Assembly: GCA_035628055.1 (NCBI GenBank)
Contig: DASPKO010000156.1
Coordinates: 1-44,834, forward strand
Source: Phycisphaerales bacterium
GTDB lineage: Bacteria > Planctomycetota > Phycisphaerae > Phycisphaerales > UBA1924
Reading direction: 5' to 3'
DNA length: 44,834 bases
Shown: piece after piece, positions 1 through 9,222 of the stretch
Numbering within the stretch: position 1 is the first letter of the stretch
How the letters are laid out: each line of letters opens with the position of its first letter
The notes under the pieces: generated by a model
Databases searched by the model: none
The model's input: the letters and a program-made list of their open reading frames with translations, nothing else
What the model was told of the DNA's origin: nothing
Translations under genes and position numbers: made by a program

Positions 1-318
1 GCGGCGGAGTCGCTGTGGGCCTGCGACCCGATGCACGGGAACACCGAGCTGTCGGGCGCGCGCAAGACCCGCCGCTTCGAGCACATCCTCGGGGAGCTGG
101 CCCGCACCTGCGACGTCCACGCCGCGGAGGGGACCCGTCTGGGCGGCGCTCACCTCGAGATCACGCACCAGGACGTGACCGAGTGCCTGGGCGGCGCCTC
201 GGGGGTCACCGAGACCGACCTGACGCGCAACTACGTCACCGCCTGCGACCCGCGCCTGAACTACGAGCAGGCCCTCGAGCTGGCCTTCACGCTCGGGGAA
301 CGGATCGCGGCCGCCTGA
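1..318 (+). CDS. Class II 3-deoxy-7-phosphoheptulonate (DAHP) synthase, C-terminal fragment (5' end lies outside the window)
   Basis: Frame 1 is open from nt 1. The translation AAESLWACDPMHGNT...GAHLEITHQDVTECLGG...ACDPRLNYEQALELAF carries the DPMHGNT and HLE.T..VTECLGG blocks typical of class II DAHP synthases. Stop at 316-318. Confidence 0.8.
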   Translation, partial: AAESLWACDPMHGNTELSGARKTRRFEHILGELARTCDVHAAEGTRLGGAHLEITHQDVTECLGGASGVTETDLTRNYVTACDPRLNYEQALELAFTLGERIAAA

Positions 319-496
319 GGGCCCGCTCGGACCCCGGGCGGGGCCCGATTCGGGTGTCCGGTCCTGAAACGCGTGGGGCGGGTCTCCATATACTTGCGTG
401 AGGCCGACGCGGGGTGCGGGACTCCGGGCCCGCGGCCGGCGCGCCGTTCGGCCGGCGCCGCCAAAGCACCTCCTCAACGCAAGAAAGGGTCAGGAC

Positions 497-2281
497 ATGA
501 ATCGTCTGCGTGGTCTGGTTGTCGGCGCGGGGCTCGCGCTGGGAATGTCGGCCGCCTCCGTGCTGGCCCTGCCGCCGGTGCTCGACAGGGTTCCGGCCGA
601 CGCGGCCTTCATCGTCACCGCGCCCAGTCTCGACCGCCTCGACAAGGGTCTGAGCACGATCTCCACCTCGCTCCAGCTCCCCATGCCCGTCCCGGGCATC
701 CGGCAGATGCTGCAGATGGGCGGCATCGAGAAGGGCGTGGACGGCGCCCGCCCGCTGGTGATCTTCCTCACCGGCCCGAAGGCCGGGCAGAGCCCCGAGG
801 AGTGGCGCGAGTCGCACGACAAGCCCCCGATGGTGCTGCTCGTGCCCACCTCGGACTACGCGGCCCTGGTCTCCAACTTCGCGGGCGCGCAGCCCGGGGC
901 GGGGGTCACCGAGGTCGACATCCAGGGTGAGCCCGGCTACATCAAGCGCGTGGGCGACGACTATGCCGCCCTGGGCCCGATCCGCGAGGTGGTCGAGGCC
1001 TTCACGCCCGCCAAGGGCGCCTCCGCCGAGCACCAGCGCTCGATGGGCCAGGCCGTCAGCGACATCGTCGATAAGTCCGACGTGACCTTCGTGGCCAACA
1101 TGGCGGTGCTCCGTCCCATTCTCGGGCCGCAGGTGGACCAGGCCTTCGAGGAGATGGCCGGGCAGATGGCGATGATGGGAGGCGGGGGGAACATCGAGGG
1201 GATGCAGACGTTCGTCAAGTCGTTCCTCGACGAGTCGCGCGTGGCCGCCATGGGCGTGCGCGTGGACGGCGCCGGGCTCATGATGGACATGGGCGCGAGC
1301 TTCACGGAGGGGTCCGGGTTCGCCAAGACCTTCTCCACCGCGGGCGACGCCTCGGCCCTGCTGGGAAAGCTCCCCAACCAGCCCTACCTCTTCGCCTTCG
1401 CGGTCGACCTCTCGAGCGCCGGGCTCAAGGACTTCGCCCGGCGCATGGCCGGCAGTCAGCCGGGCATGGAGGAGATGCGCGGGCTCATCACCACCCAGAT
1501 CGACGCCGTCGACGGGCAGGCCGTCTCCGTCGGCTCCGCCCCCGGCGCCATGTTCGGGGGTGGTCTGCTGCTCAACACCGTGGCCTACATCAAGACCCGC
1601 AACCCCGCCGAGTACCTGGAAAAGACCAAGACGCTCATGGCCCAGATGAGCGGCAAGGAAATGGAAGGCATGACGTTCACGACGGAGTACCAGCCCGGCG
1701 CGACCACGGTCAACGGCGTCGAGGCCGACGCCTGGTCCATGACGGTCCAGCCCGACGAGGAGGGCGAGGGGGCGGCCGCGGCCCAGCAGATGATGATGAT
1801 GATGTACGGCGGGGCCGGCGGGCCCAGCGGGTACATCGCCAAGGCCGAAGGCGGCGTGGTGCAGACGTTCAGCAAGAACTCGGTGCTGCTCGGGGCCGCC
1901 CTCGACGCCGCCAAGGGCAACAACACGCTGGCCGGCGACGCCCCCCGGGCGCAGGTCGCCGAGCGGCTGGCGCCGGGGCGGATCCTCGAGGCCTACGTGG
2001 GCATGCGCACGGTGGCCGAGATGGTCCTCCCCATGGTCGGGATGATGGTGCCGGGGGTCGGGGACATCAAGGTCCCGGAGAATCTGCCGCCGATCGGCAT
2101 GGGCCTGGGCGCCCAGGGCGGGTCCGCCCGGGCCTCGGTCTTCGTCCCGATGCCCGTCATGAAGCTGATGAGCGACATCGCGAAGGCGGCCCAGCAGGCC
2201 GACGACGAGATGGAGGAGGAGGACGAGGAAGCCGACGAGAATTTGCAGAACGAGAAAACCACTGGACAGCCACGGTTTTGA
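497..2281 (+). CDS. Secreted hypothetical protein, Met-rich with an acidic C-terminal tail
   Basis: ATG at 497 is preceded by AAGAAAGGG. Signal-peptide-like N-terminus MNRLRGLVVGAGLALGMSAASVLA, and high GC3 throughout. Met-rich blocks (QMAMMGGGG, QQMMMMMYGG, LPMVGMMVPG, PMPVMKLM) and a tail DDEMEEEDEEADE. No family recognised. The ORF-track start at 398 would put a non-signal extension in front. Confidence 0.7.
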   Translation: MNRLRGLVVGAGLALGMSAASVLALPPVLDRVPADAAFIVTAPSLDRLDKGLSTISTSLQLPMPVPGIRQMLQMGGIEKGVDGARPLVIFLTGPKAGQSPEEWRESHDKPPMVLLVPTSDYAALVSNFAGAQPGAGVTEVDIQGEPGYIKRVGDDYAALGPIREVVEAFTPAKGASAEHQRSMGQAVSDIVDKSDVTFVANMAVLRPILGPQVDQAFEEMAGQMAMMGGGGNIEGMQTFVKSFLDESRVAAMGVRVDGAGLMMDMGASFTEGSGFAKTFSTAGDASALLGKLPNQPYLFAFAVDLSSAGLKDFARRMAGSQPGMEEMRGLITTQIDAVDGQAVSVGSAPGAMFGGGLLLNTVAYIKTRNPAEYLEKTKTLMAQMSGKEMEGMTFTTEYQPGATTVNGVEADAWSMTVQPDEEGEGAAAAQQMMMMMYGGAGGPSGYIAKAEGGVVQTFSKNSVLLGAALDAAKGNNTLAGDAPRAQVAERLAPGRILEAYVGMRTVAEMVLPMVGMMVPGVGDIKVPENLPPIGMGLGAQGGSARASVFVPMPVMKLMSDIAKAAQQADDEMEEEDEEADENLQNEKTTGQPRF

Positions 2282-2318
2282 CGGTTATACTGATCGCATA
2301 ACCGAACCCCCCCCCCCC

Positions 2319-2359
2319 GAGGGCTCGCCGGCGTTGTGCCGCGAGCCCTCTTTGTTTTT
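2319..2359 (+). terminator. Rho-independent terminator downstream of the 497-2281 gene
   Basis: Perfect 10-bp stem GAGGGCTCGC (2319-2328) / GCGAGCCCTC (2341-2350) with a 12-nt loop, followed by TTTGTTTTT (2351-2359). A C12 homopolymer (2307-2318) lies immediately upstream. Confidence 0.8.
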
Positions 2360-2525
2360 GCCTCCGAAATGGCCTTGGACCGCTTATCTCCTGGCCATGG
2401 CGATTCGCCCGGGCGGTGTGCGGGAACGAGGCCACCGCCTTCGAGGTGCTGAAAGGCCTGGATCGACTGGAGGTCGAGCACGCCGGGTGCGTCAGAGGGG
2501 CCGGTGCCAGGGGCCGGGCGTGGGG

Positions 2526-4136
2526 CTAGACACTCAGTTCCGGGCGGTCGGGATCGGTCCAGTCGAGGTGGAAGAACCGGCCCGGCGGCTCGTCGATCCG
2601 CTCGTAGCTGTGCGCACCGAAGTAGTCCCGCTGCGCCTGGAGCAGGCTCGCGGGCAACCGGGGCGACCGGAGCGCGTCGTAGTACCCCAGGGCGGAACTG
2701 AAGGCCGGCGCCGGCACGCCCTCGGCCGAGGCGCGGCAGACGGTCGTCCGCCAACCGGCCTGCAGGTCTCGGAGCGCGGCGGCGAAGTGCGGGTCGAGCA
2801 TCAGGTTGGGAAGCGATGGGCTGGCGGCGTAGGCGTCGGTGATCTTCTGGAGAAACCGGGCCCGGATGATGCACCCGCCCCGCCAGACCTGGGCCACCTG
2901 GCCCAGGTCCAGCTCCCACCCTCCCGCCTGCGACGCCGCGCCCATCAGCGCAAAGCCCTGCGCGTAGCAGCAGACCTTGGAGCAGTAGAGGGCCTGGCGG
3001 GCGGCCTCGACGAGGTCGTCGCCCGCGGGGCCTTCCGCGCGGGTTGCCGCGGCGCGGTCCGGGCCGGCGAGCGCCCCGGCCGCCGCGGACCGCGCCCCAC
3101 CCAGGGCGCTGAGCTGGCGCGCGAACACCGCCTCGGCCATTGTCGGCGCGGGGACGCCTAGGCCCAGGGCGGCCTCAATGGTCCAGCGCCCGGTTCCTTT
3201 CTGCCCGGCGGCATCGCGGATGACGTCCACGAGGGGGCGGCCCGTGCGCGGGTCCTTCTGCCGCAGGATGTCCGCGGTGATCTCGATGAGGAACGAATCG
3301 AGGTCGCCCGTGTTCCAGGTGGCGAAGACCCCGGCGAGCGTCTCGGGCTCCAGCCCGGCGCAGGTGCGCAGCAGGTCGTACGCCTCGCCGATGAGCTGCA
3401 TGTCCGCGTACTCGATGCCGTTGTGCACCATCTTGACGAAGTGCCCGGAGCCACCCGGGCCCACGCGGGCCGCGCAGGCCACGCCGCCGCGCACCGGCTT
3501 GCCCGGGGCGGCCCCGGTCAGCGGACGGCCGGTCCGGGGGTCGACCTTGGCGGCGATCGCGGTCCACACGGGCTCGAGCAGGGCCCAGGCCTCGGGCGTT
3601 CCCCCGGCCATGAGCGAGGGGCCGAAGCGCGCCCCCTCCTCCCCGCCGGAGACCCCCGAGCCGATGAACAGCAGGCCGCGCTCCGCCAGGGCGCGCTCGC
3701 GGGCCTCGGTGTCGTGCCAGTCGGCGTTCCCCCCGTCGACCACGAGGTCGCCGGGCTCCAGGAGCGGGGCGAGCTGGTCGATGACGGCGGAGGTGGGCGG
3801 GCCGGCCTTGACCATGAGGACGATGCGCCGGGGGCGGGCGATCGTGGCCACGAACGACCGGAGATCGCCGGCGGGCAGGAGCGCCCCGCCGGTCTCGCGG
3901 AACTTCACCGGGCCGTGCGCCGCGACGAACCCGTCGGTCACCGAGGTGGTGCGGTTGTAGACCGCGACCTTCAGGCCGTGGTCGGCCATGTTGAGCGCCA
4001 GGTTCTGGCCCATGACGGCCAGGCCGATGAGCCCGACGTCGGCCGCGCCGGGCGGTCTCACCCCCGTGCCCGCCGCGGAGCTGGCGGAGGACGCCGCGTC
4101 GGTGCTCGGGCCCGTGGGCCGGGGACTGCTGCTCAT
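2526..4136 (-). CDS. gnd: 6-phosphogluconate dehydrogenase (decarboxylating)
   Basis: [20 protein letters not shown] dinucleotide-binding motif, then [36 protein letters not shown] and C-terminal [13 protein letters not shown]. Start set to ATG 4136 (MSSSPRP...) because the ORF-track TTG start at 4259 runs through the tRNA-His gene. This leaves a Ser/Pro/Ala-rich N-terminal extension of about 40 aa. Confidence 0.9.
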   Translation of the reverse strand: MSSSPRPTGPSTDAASSASSAAGTGVRPPGAADVGLIGLAVMGQNLALNMADHGLKVAVYNRTTSVTDGFVAAHGPVKFRETGGALLPAGDLRSFVATIARPRRIVLMVKAGPPTSAVIDQLAPLLEPGDLVVDGGNADWHDTEARERALAERGLLFIGSGVSGGEEGARFGPSLMAGGTPEAWALLEPVWTAIAAKVDPRTGRPLTGAAPGKPVRGGVACAARVGPGGSGHFVKMVHNGIEYADMQLIGEAYDLLRTCAGLEPETLAGVFATWNTGDLDSFLIEITADILRQKDPRTGRPLVDVIRDAAGQKGTGRWTIEAALGLGVPAPTMAEAVFARQLSALGGARSAAAGALAGPDRAAATRAEGPAGDDLVEAARQALYCSKVCCYAQGFALMGAASQAGGWELDLGQVAQVWRGGCIIRARFLQKITDAYAASPSLPNLMLDPHFAAALRDLQAGWRTTVCRASAEGVPAPAFSSALGYYDALRSPRLPASLLQAQRDYFGAHSYERIDEPPGRFFHLDWTDPDRPELSV

Positions 4137-4217
4137 GGGCGGGATTGTCGCCGGTGCGCGGGGGCCGCGGCAAACGCCCGAACGCGAGCCCGCGGCGTCC
4201 CCACCCCGGATGAAAAG

Positions 4218-4292
4218 GGCGATCGACGGGATTCGAACCCGCGACCCCGAGGACCACAACCTCGTGCTCTAACCAACTGAGCTACGATCGCC
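4218..4292 (-). tRNA. tRNA-His (anticodon GTG)
   Basis: The reverse complement GGCGATCGTAGCTCAGTTGGTTAGAGCACGAGGTTGTGGTCCTCGGGGTCGCGGGTTCGAATCCCGTCGATCGCC folds as a cloverleaf. It has a 7-bp acceptor stem plus an encoded G-1:C73 pair (a His identity element), D arm GCTC/GAGC, anticodon stem CGAGG/CCTCG with loop TTGTGGT, and T arm GCGGG TTCGAAT CCCGT. The 3' CCA is not encoded. Confidence 0.9.
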
Positions 4293-4410
4293 ATCGCCCG
4301 CCCGGACCGCCACGCCTGGCGCCCGGCGCGCCGTTTCCCCAACACCCCGATCGCCCGAACGGTATGGGGCCCGGAGCCCCCCGGCAACGCTCCCGCGGAG
4401 CGCCGCTGCG

Positions 4411-4854
4411 CTACGGGGCCTCGAGCACGTCGCCCTGAACCGGAGCCGTGGGGGGCGGCGGGACCTGGCCCGGCATCTCCGGAACTTCGCGGAAGGTCGG
4501 ATCGAGCCGGCGCGCGGAGCGCGGGGGCACCGCCAGCGAGCTCTCCAGTTGGCCGAAGCGACGGCCTGCGGGCATCACCTGCCAGCGCATGAGGTCCGGG
4601 CGCAGGGCGCTGGGCTCCTTCTCTCCTCCCCCGCTCTCGAAGTCGACCACGAGCTGGTAGCCGACCGGCACGTGCTGCTGCCAGACCACCTCCTCCGTGC
4701 GCGTGTCCACGAGCGCCACGGTCCAGGGCTGCCAACTGGTGGACTCGTACGTGTACCGGTCCGCCGAATACCCCGGCCCGCCCGGGTAGTAGCACCCGCC
4801 GCAGGCCGCCGCCAGCAGGACACACGCGACCCGCACAAGCCCGACCCGTGGCAT
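4411..4854 (-). CDS. Hypothetical lipoprotein
   Basis: ATG 4854 has AGGAGAA 6 nt upstream. N-terminus MPRVGLVRVACVLLAAACGGC shows a signal peptide plus a lipobox-like LAAAC. High GC3. The remainder of the 456-aa track ORF (4855-5781) is antisense to ispF and is not credible. Confidence 0.7.
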   Translation of the reverse strand: MPRVGLVRVACVLLAAACGGCYYPGGPGYSADRYTYESTSWQPWTVALVDTRTEEVVWQQHVPVGYQLVVDFESGGGEKEPSALRPDLMRWQVMPAGRRFGQLESSLAVPPRSARRLDPTFREVPEMPGQVPPPPTAPVQGDVLEAP

Positions 4855-4971
4855 CGGCTTCTCCTTGAGCTCGGCGACGGCCCTCCGCCTGCGAGCGCGG
4901 GAGAGTCTATCGCCAAACGCACGCCCCGACGAACCCGCCAGACCAGGTTCGGGTGGGTACTGTGCCCGAAC

Positions 4972-5523
4972 ATGACGACCCGGCCCGCCCCTCCCGACCC
5001 CCGCGCGCCACGCATCGGCCACGGGTGGGACCTGCACCGGCTGGCGCCCATACCAGAGCCCGGACACCCTCCGACCGGAGAAGCGGGACGCCCCCTGGTC
5101 CTCGGCGGGGTGCCCCTCGGCTCGCCGGTCGGGCCGGTGGCTCACTCGGATGGCGACGTGCTCCTGCACGCCGTCACCGACGCGCTCCTGGGCGCCATCG
5201 CGGCCCCGGACATCGGCCAGCTCTTCCCGGACACCGACCCGGGCAACCGGGGGCGCGCGTCGGCCGAGTTCGTGCGCGCGGCGGCGGAACGGGTCCGCGC
5301 CGCCGGCTACGCGGTCGGCAACATGGACTGCACCATCATCGCCCAGCACGTCCGCGTGGGGCCGCACCGCCAGGCGATCCGCGAGAGCGTGGCGGCGCTC
5401 CTGGGCGTCGAGGCGGCGCGGGTGAATGTCAAGGGCAAAACGCACGAGGGCGTCGATGCGCTGGGCGAGGCCCGCGCGATCGCCGCCCATTGTGTCGTGC
5501 TCCTGCTGCCGGTCCCGGTCTAG
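4972..5523 (+). CDS. ispF: 2-C-methyl-D-erythritol 2,4-cyclodiphosphate synthase
   Basis: RIGHGWDLHRL, HSDGDVLLHAVTDALLGA, DIGQLFPDTDP and NVKGKTHEG blocks. 183 aa from ATG 4972, which is internal to the 324-aa track ORF. Confidence 0.9.
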   Translation: MTTRPAPPDPRAPRIGHGWDLHRLAPIPEPGHPPTGEAGRPLVLGGVPLGSPVGPVAHSDGDVLLHAVTDALLGAIAAPDIGQLFPDTDPGNRGRASAEFVRAAAERVRAAGYAVGNMDCTIIAQHVRVGPHRQAIRESVAALLGVEAARVNVKGKTHEGVDALGEARAIAAHCVVLLLPVPV

Positions 5524-5525
5524 CT

Positions 5526-6266
5526 TCAGGCCTCGACGAGCCCCTCGCGGATGGCGAAGCGGGCGAGCTCCACGCGGTCGTGGATGTCCAGCTTCTCCAT
5601 AATGCTGGTGCGGTGGGCGTCGACGGTCTTGGGGCTGCGGAAGATGGCCGCGGCGATCTGGCTCCGGGACATCCCCTTGCCGATCATCCGGAGAATCTCC
5701 TGCTCGCGGGGCGTGAGCGACTCCAGCCGCGAGGTGGGCGTGGCGGAGCGCTTGCCGCGCGGCCCGCGGGTGAGCTGGCACCGCTCGAGGACCTCGGGAC
5801 CGAAGGCGAACTCGCCGCGGGCGACCTTGCGGATGGCCGTGACGATCGTCTCGGGAGCGTCACTCTTGGAGAGGTATCCCCAGGCGCCGGCCTTGACGGC
5901 GGCGTCGATGTAATGGTCGCGGACGTAGGCGGTCAGCATGATCGTGCGCACGTGGGGGAGCTGGCGGTGCAGGTCCTCCATGGCGCCGAAGGGGTCGGGC
6001 CCGGGCATGTCGATGTCGAGCAGGACGATCTCGGCCCCGACCTTCTGGACCTCGGAAACCAGGTGCTCGGCGCTGGGAAGCCGCCCGACCACTTCCAGGT
6101 CGTTCTCGATCGCCAGGCGGGACTTGAGTCCTTCGGCAACGAAGGCGTGATCGTCCACGCACAGGACTTTGGTCGGGTTGGTCTTGGTCGCGCTGGCTCC
6201 ACGGGCCGCGGCCGCCGCGCTCAGACCATTGCGCACCGCAGTGTCTTGGGAGGTTGAGACTTTCAT
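5526..6266 (-). CDS. NarL/LuxR-family response regulator (receiver + HTH)
   Basis: Receiver motifs VLCVDDH, IVLLDIDMPGPD, TIMLTAY and AWGYLSK. C-terminal LuxR-type HTH LTPREQEILRMIGKGMSRSQIAAAIFRSPKTVDAHRTSIMEKL. ATG at 6266. An N-terminal extension of about 33 aa precedes the receiver. No histidine kinase is present in the window. Confidence 0.85.
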   Translation of the reverse strand: MKVSTSQDTAVRNGLSAAAAARGASATKTNPTKVLCVDDHAFVAEGLKSRLAIENDLEVVGRLPSAEHLVSEVQKVGAEIVLLDIDMPGPDPFGAMEDLHRQLPHVRTIMLTAYVRDHYIDAAVKAGAWGYLSKSDAPETIVTAIRKVARGEFAFGPEVLERCQLTRGPRGKRSATPTSRLESLTPREQEILRMIGKGMSRSQIAAAIFRSPKTVDAHRTSIMEKLDIHDRVELARFAIREGLVEA

Positions 6267-6368
6267 GGATTCGATACTAACCCCAAGCCGGTGGGGGTGA
6301 TACCGCACTTTCGTAGGGATTCGGACCATAAAGGCCCGGAAAGCCCCGGAAGGGGGCATGAAGGTGGG

Positions 6369-7640
6369 CTATCGGGCGTGGCGGAGGGGGACCGCGAGCA
6401 TGCTGTAGAAGAAGGACATCAGCACGGTCTGGACCCCCAGCGCGACCATGGTCCCGCCCACGAGCATGGGCCGGATGGTGCGCTCGAGGGGCATCGCTCC
6501 CCACCACTCGAAGAGCCAGCGGGCGACGAGGTAGGCCAGGATGGCCAGGCCGCTGATCACCAGGGCCCCGCCCGCCAGCAGGCCCCGTTCCAGGCTGAAG
6601 AGGTCCGTCAGGCGGCGCACGAAGGGCGAGCTGGGCGGTCCGAGCTCCTCCTGCATGGCGTAGACGCGTGCGGCGATGCCCACCGTGAGCGCGGTGTAGC
6701 CCACGAGGATCATGAAGCCCGCACCCGCGAGCGTGTGCGGGCCGAGCTGGACGTTCCCGACGCGGTCCAGGCCCATGGCCAGGGGGAGGCCGATGGCCAG
6801 GCCCAGGAGCGTGAGCCCCAGGCCGGGGTAGACGAGCGTCCAGCGCGGGCTGAGCAGGAGCATGAAGCGGAGGTGCCGCCAGCCGTCGCGCCACGGCCGC
6901 AGGTGGGGCGGGCGCGAGCGTCCGTCCTTGTGCATGGTGATGGGGACCTCGGCGATGCGCAGGCGCGCCACCGTGGCCTTGATCACCATCTCGCTGGCAA
7001 ACTCCATTCCCGTGGTTCGGAGGCGGAGCGCGTCGTAGGCGGACCGGGTGAACCCGCGGAGGCCACAGTGAAAGTCCGCGACCGGGGCCCGGTAGACCAG
7101 GCGGCCGATGCCCGTGAGCACGGGATTGCCGACCCACCGGTTCTTCCAGGACATGGCCCCGGGCATGATCCCGCCGCGGAACCGGTTGCCCATCACCAGG
7201 TCGTACCCCTCGCGCAGCTTGTGGAGCAGGGTGACGGCCTCGGCGAAGTCGTGGCTGCCGTCGGAATCGCCCATGACGACGTATGTGCCGCGCGAGGCCT
7301 CGATGGCCCCCATGAGCGCGCTCCCGTAGCCCCGGCGGGGCACGGGCACGACGCGGGCCCCGGCCCGGCGGGCGAGCTCCTGGGACCCATCCGTCGACCC
7401 GTTGTCCCCGACGACCACCTCGCCCTCGATGTGGTTTTCGCGGAGGCAGCGGACCGCGGAAGCCACGCAGGCCGCGATCGTCTCGGCCTCATTGAGGCAC
7501 GGGATCGCGATGGAGAGCTCGGGCCGCCCCGGGTCGGTGTCGCGGGGAGCGGCGGCGGGCGCCCGCACGGCGTGGGCCGAGGCGGGAGTCGCGACCTCGA
7601 GGGCCGGCTTGGCTTCGATCTGTGGGGTTGAGGAGGGCAC
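6369..7640 (-). CDS. Family 2 glycosyltransferase with C-terminal multi-TM domain (polyprenyl-phosphate sugar synthase-like)
   Basis: LSIAIPCLNEAETI, VVGDNGSTDGS, GYGSALMGA and VVMGDSDGSHD (DxD-type) blocks, followed by about four hydrophobic helices. The start is uncertain. GTG 7640 lies 22 nt after the upstream gene's stop, whereas the track start at 7814 would overlap that gene by about 150 nt. Confidence 0.75.
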   Translation of the reverse strand: MPSSTPQIEAKPALEVATPASAHAVRAPAAAPRDTDPGRPELSIAIPCLNEAETIAACVASAVRCLRENHIEGEVVVGDNGSTDGSQELARRAGARVVPVPRRGYGSALMGAIEASRGTYVVMGDSDGSHDFAEAVTLLHKLREGYDLVMGNRFRGGIMPGAMSWKNRWVGNPVLTGIGRLVYRAPVADFHCGLRGFTRSAYDALRLRTTGMEFASEMVIKATVARLRIAEVPITMHKDGRSRPPHLRPWRDGWRHLRFMLLLSPRWTLVYPGLGLTLLGLAIGLPLAMGLDRVGNVQLGPHTLAGAGFMILVGYTALTVGIAARVYAMQEELGPPSSPFVRRLTDLFSLERGLLAGGALVISGLAILAYLVARWLFEWWGAMPLERTIRPMLVGGTMVALGVQTVLMSFFYSMLAVPLRHAR

Positions 7641-7662
7641 GGCCAGACCTGGACCGGCGATC

Positions 7663-9222
7663 TTAGCGGGGTTCGCCGGGAGCACCGGGAGTCCGGCCCG
7701 ACGCGGTCGGTGCGCGCGGGCACGGCGCGGGTGCGCCGGGGAGGGGTAGGGCCGGGCGGGCGTGGGACGCTTCGTCGTGCGCCGCCGCGGGCGCGCGTCG
7801 CCAGAGGGCCGCAAGGCCGGCCGGGGCCAGATACATCATGATCCAGGAGGGCAGGCCGTAGCGGTCGTAGATGAGGAGCATGGCGACGTGCACGCCGATG
7901 AGGGCGACGGGCACGGCGAAGAGGAGCGCCAGGTCGAACCGCCGCCGGAGGAGCGCCAGCCCGATGACGCCCAGGGTGAGGAGGCAGAGCGGGACCTGGG
8001 GGATGCCGCGGAAGCGCTGGCGGCCGAGCCAGCCGAAGAGCCGGGCGGGGGGGCCGCCGTCGTTCCACATCTGGTACGGGACCATGGAGGGGTCGCGGGA
8101 GTCGGTGAAGAAGTTGGGCGGGGCGTCGGGGTTGGGGGGCGGATCGGCACGGCCCAGGCCGCGCATCAGCCACGCGGTCTCGCTGTACCCGTTCCAGCCG
8201 GCGGAAGGGAAACAGTTGAGCTGCCAGAGCGTCACCCAGGCGGCGGTGCGGAGGTAGTGCCTGGTGCGGGAGCGCACGCTGTGCCGGCACCAGCGGGCGA
8301 TTTCGTCGGCGGCTTCGGGCGAGTCCGGGAGGCCGACCGCGCGGAGGAAGACGAAGCGGCTGGTCTCGGTGGGCGGCGTCTGCTTGAAGAGGGCGTAGGC
8401 GGCCGCGGTCTGCGGGCGGAGCGGGAAGGCCTCGTCGAGCATGCCGGCGCGCTCGAAGCCCACGAAGAGGATCATCTCGGTGCCGTTGGCCAGGCCCACG
8501 ATCCCGCGGCGCGCGTTGTGGACCAGCCAGGGCCCCAGGAGCAGCGCCAGGCCCAGGGCCAGCCCGGTCGCCACCGGGGCGGCGGCGCGGGCACGGGCTC
8601 GCAGGGCGGGACCTGCCGCGCCGCGGGCCCCGTGGCGCCAGGCGTCGAGCAGGGCCGCGGCCCCCACGAGGGGGACGGCGATCTGCATGGCGGGGCGGAC
8701 GAGACAGGCGGCCGCGAGCACCGCGCCCAGCAGCAGCCCGCCCGCGAGGCCACGCGACCATCGCAGCATGACCACCGCGAGCGCGAGCACGCTGAGGAAC
8801 GTGGCGGGCGCCTCGCTGAGAGCGCAGCACTCCAGGGTGAGCATCCAGGGGTCAAGGGCGAGCGCAAGCCCGACGCCGAGTGCCAGCAGGGGCCCGGCGA
8901 CTCGCGCGGTGACGAGCGCCCCCAGGGCGACGACCCCGACGCCCAGCAGGTGCTGGGCGAGCACGATGGCGGTCGGGGTCTGACCGGCCAGCGCCACCAC
9001 CGCGGAGAGGAAGAGGGGATAGCCCGGGGTGCGGACTCCGGGGAAGTCGGGCCACTGGCCCGCGGCGAGCTGGGCGGCCCAGAGCAGGTAGTCGCCGCTG
9101 TCGGTGGTCATCGTGAGCGGGATGGTGCCGGTGAGGTAGAGGCGGACGAGCATGGCGACCGCGACGGGCACGAGCAGGGCGTGCCGAGGGCCAAGACGGG
9201 GTGCCGGGCGCGGGTCAGGCAT
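7663..9222 (-). CDS. GT-C fold membrane glycosyltransferase (ArnT/PMT, GT39-like), paralog 1
   Basis: Polytopic membrane protein. The first predicted extracytoplasmic loop, TMTTDSGDYLLWA, has an acidic D..Y motif like ArnT/PMT enzymes. Clearly homologous to the upstream gene (shared RTPGYP.FL, LAQHL.G, ALDPW, EC..L.EA). Start taken as ATG 9222, which overlaps the upstream stop in ATGCCTGA. Confidence 0.7.
   Translation of the reverse strand: MPDPRPAPRLGPRHALLVPVAVAMLVRLYLTGTIPLTMTTDSGDYLLWAAQLAAGQWPDFPGVRTPGYPLFLSAVVALAGQTPTAIVLAQHLLGVGVVALGALVTARVAGPLLALGVGLALALDPWMLTLECCALSEAPATFLSVLALAVVMLRWSRGLAGGLLLGAVLAAACLVRPAMQIAVPLVGAAALLDAWRHGARGAAGPALRARARAAAPVATGLALGLALLLGPWLVHNARRGIVGLANGTEMILFVGFERAGMLDEAFPLRPQTAAAYALFKQTPPTETSRFVFLRAVGLPDSPEAADEIARWCRHSVRSRTRHYLRTAAWVTLWQLNCFPSAGWNGYSETAWLMRGLGRADPPPNPDAPPNFFTDSRDPSMVPYQMWNDGGPPARLFGWLGRQRFRGIPQVPLCLLTLGVIGLALLRRRFDLALLFAVPVALIGVHVAMLLIYDRYGLPSWIMMYLAPAGLAALWRRAPAAAHDEASHARPALPLPGAPAPCPRAPTASGRTPGAPGEPR

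Noticed and set aside
4137-4259. N-terminal extension of the gnd ORF to the TTG at 4259
   Set aside because: It would be translated through the tRNA-His gene (4218-4292) on the same strand. The internal ATG at 4136 gives a sensible start.
4218-4292. tRNA-His as an integration site for a genomic island
   Set aside because: There is no integrase, no direct repeat of the tRNA 3' end and no compositional break on either side. The flanking genes are housekeeping (gnd, ispF).
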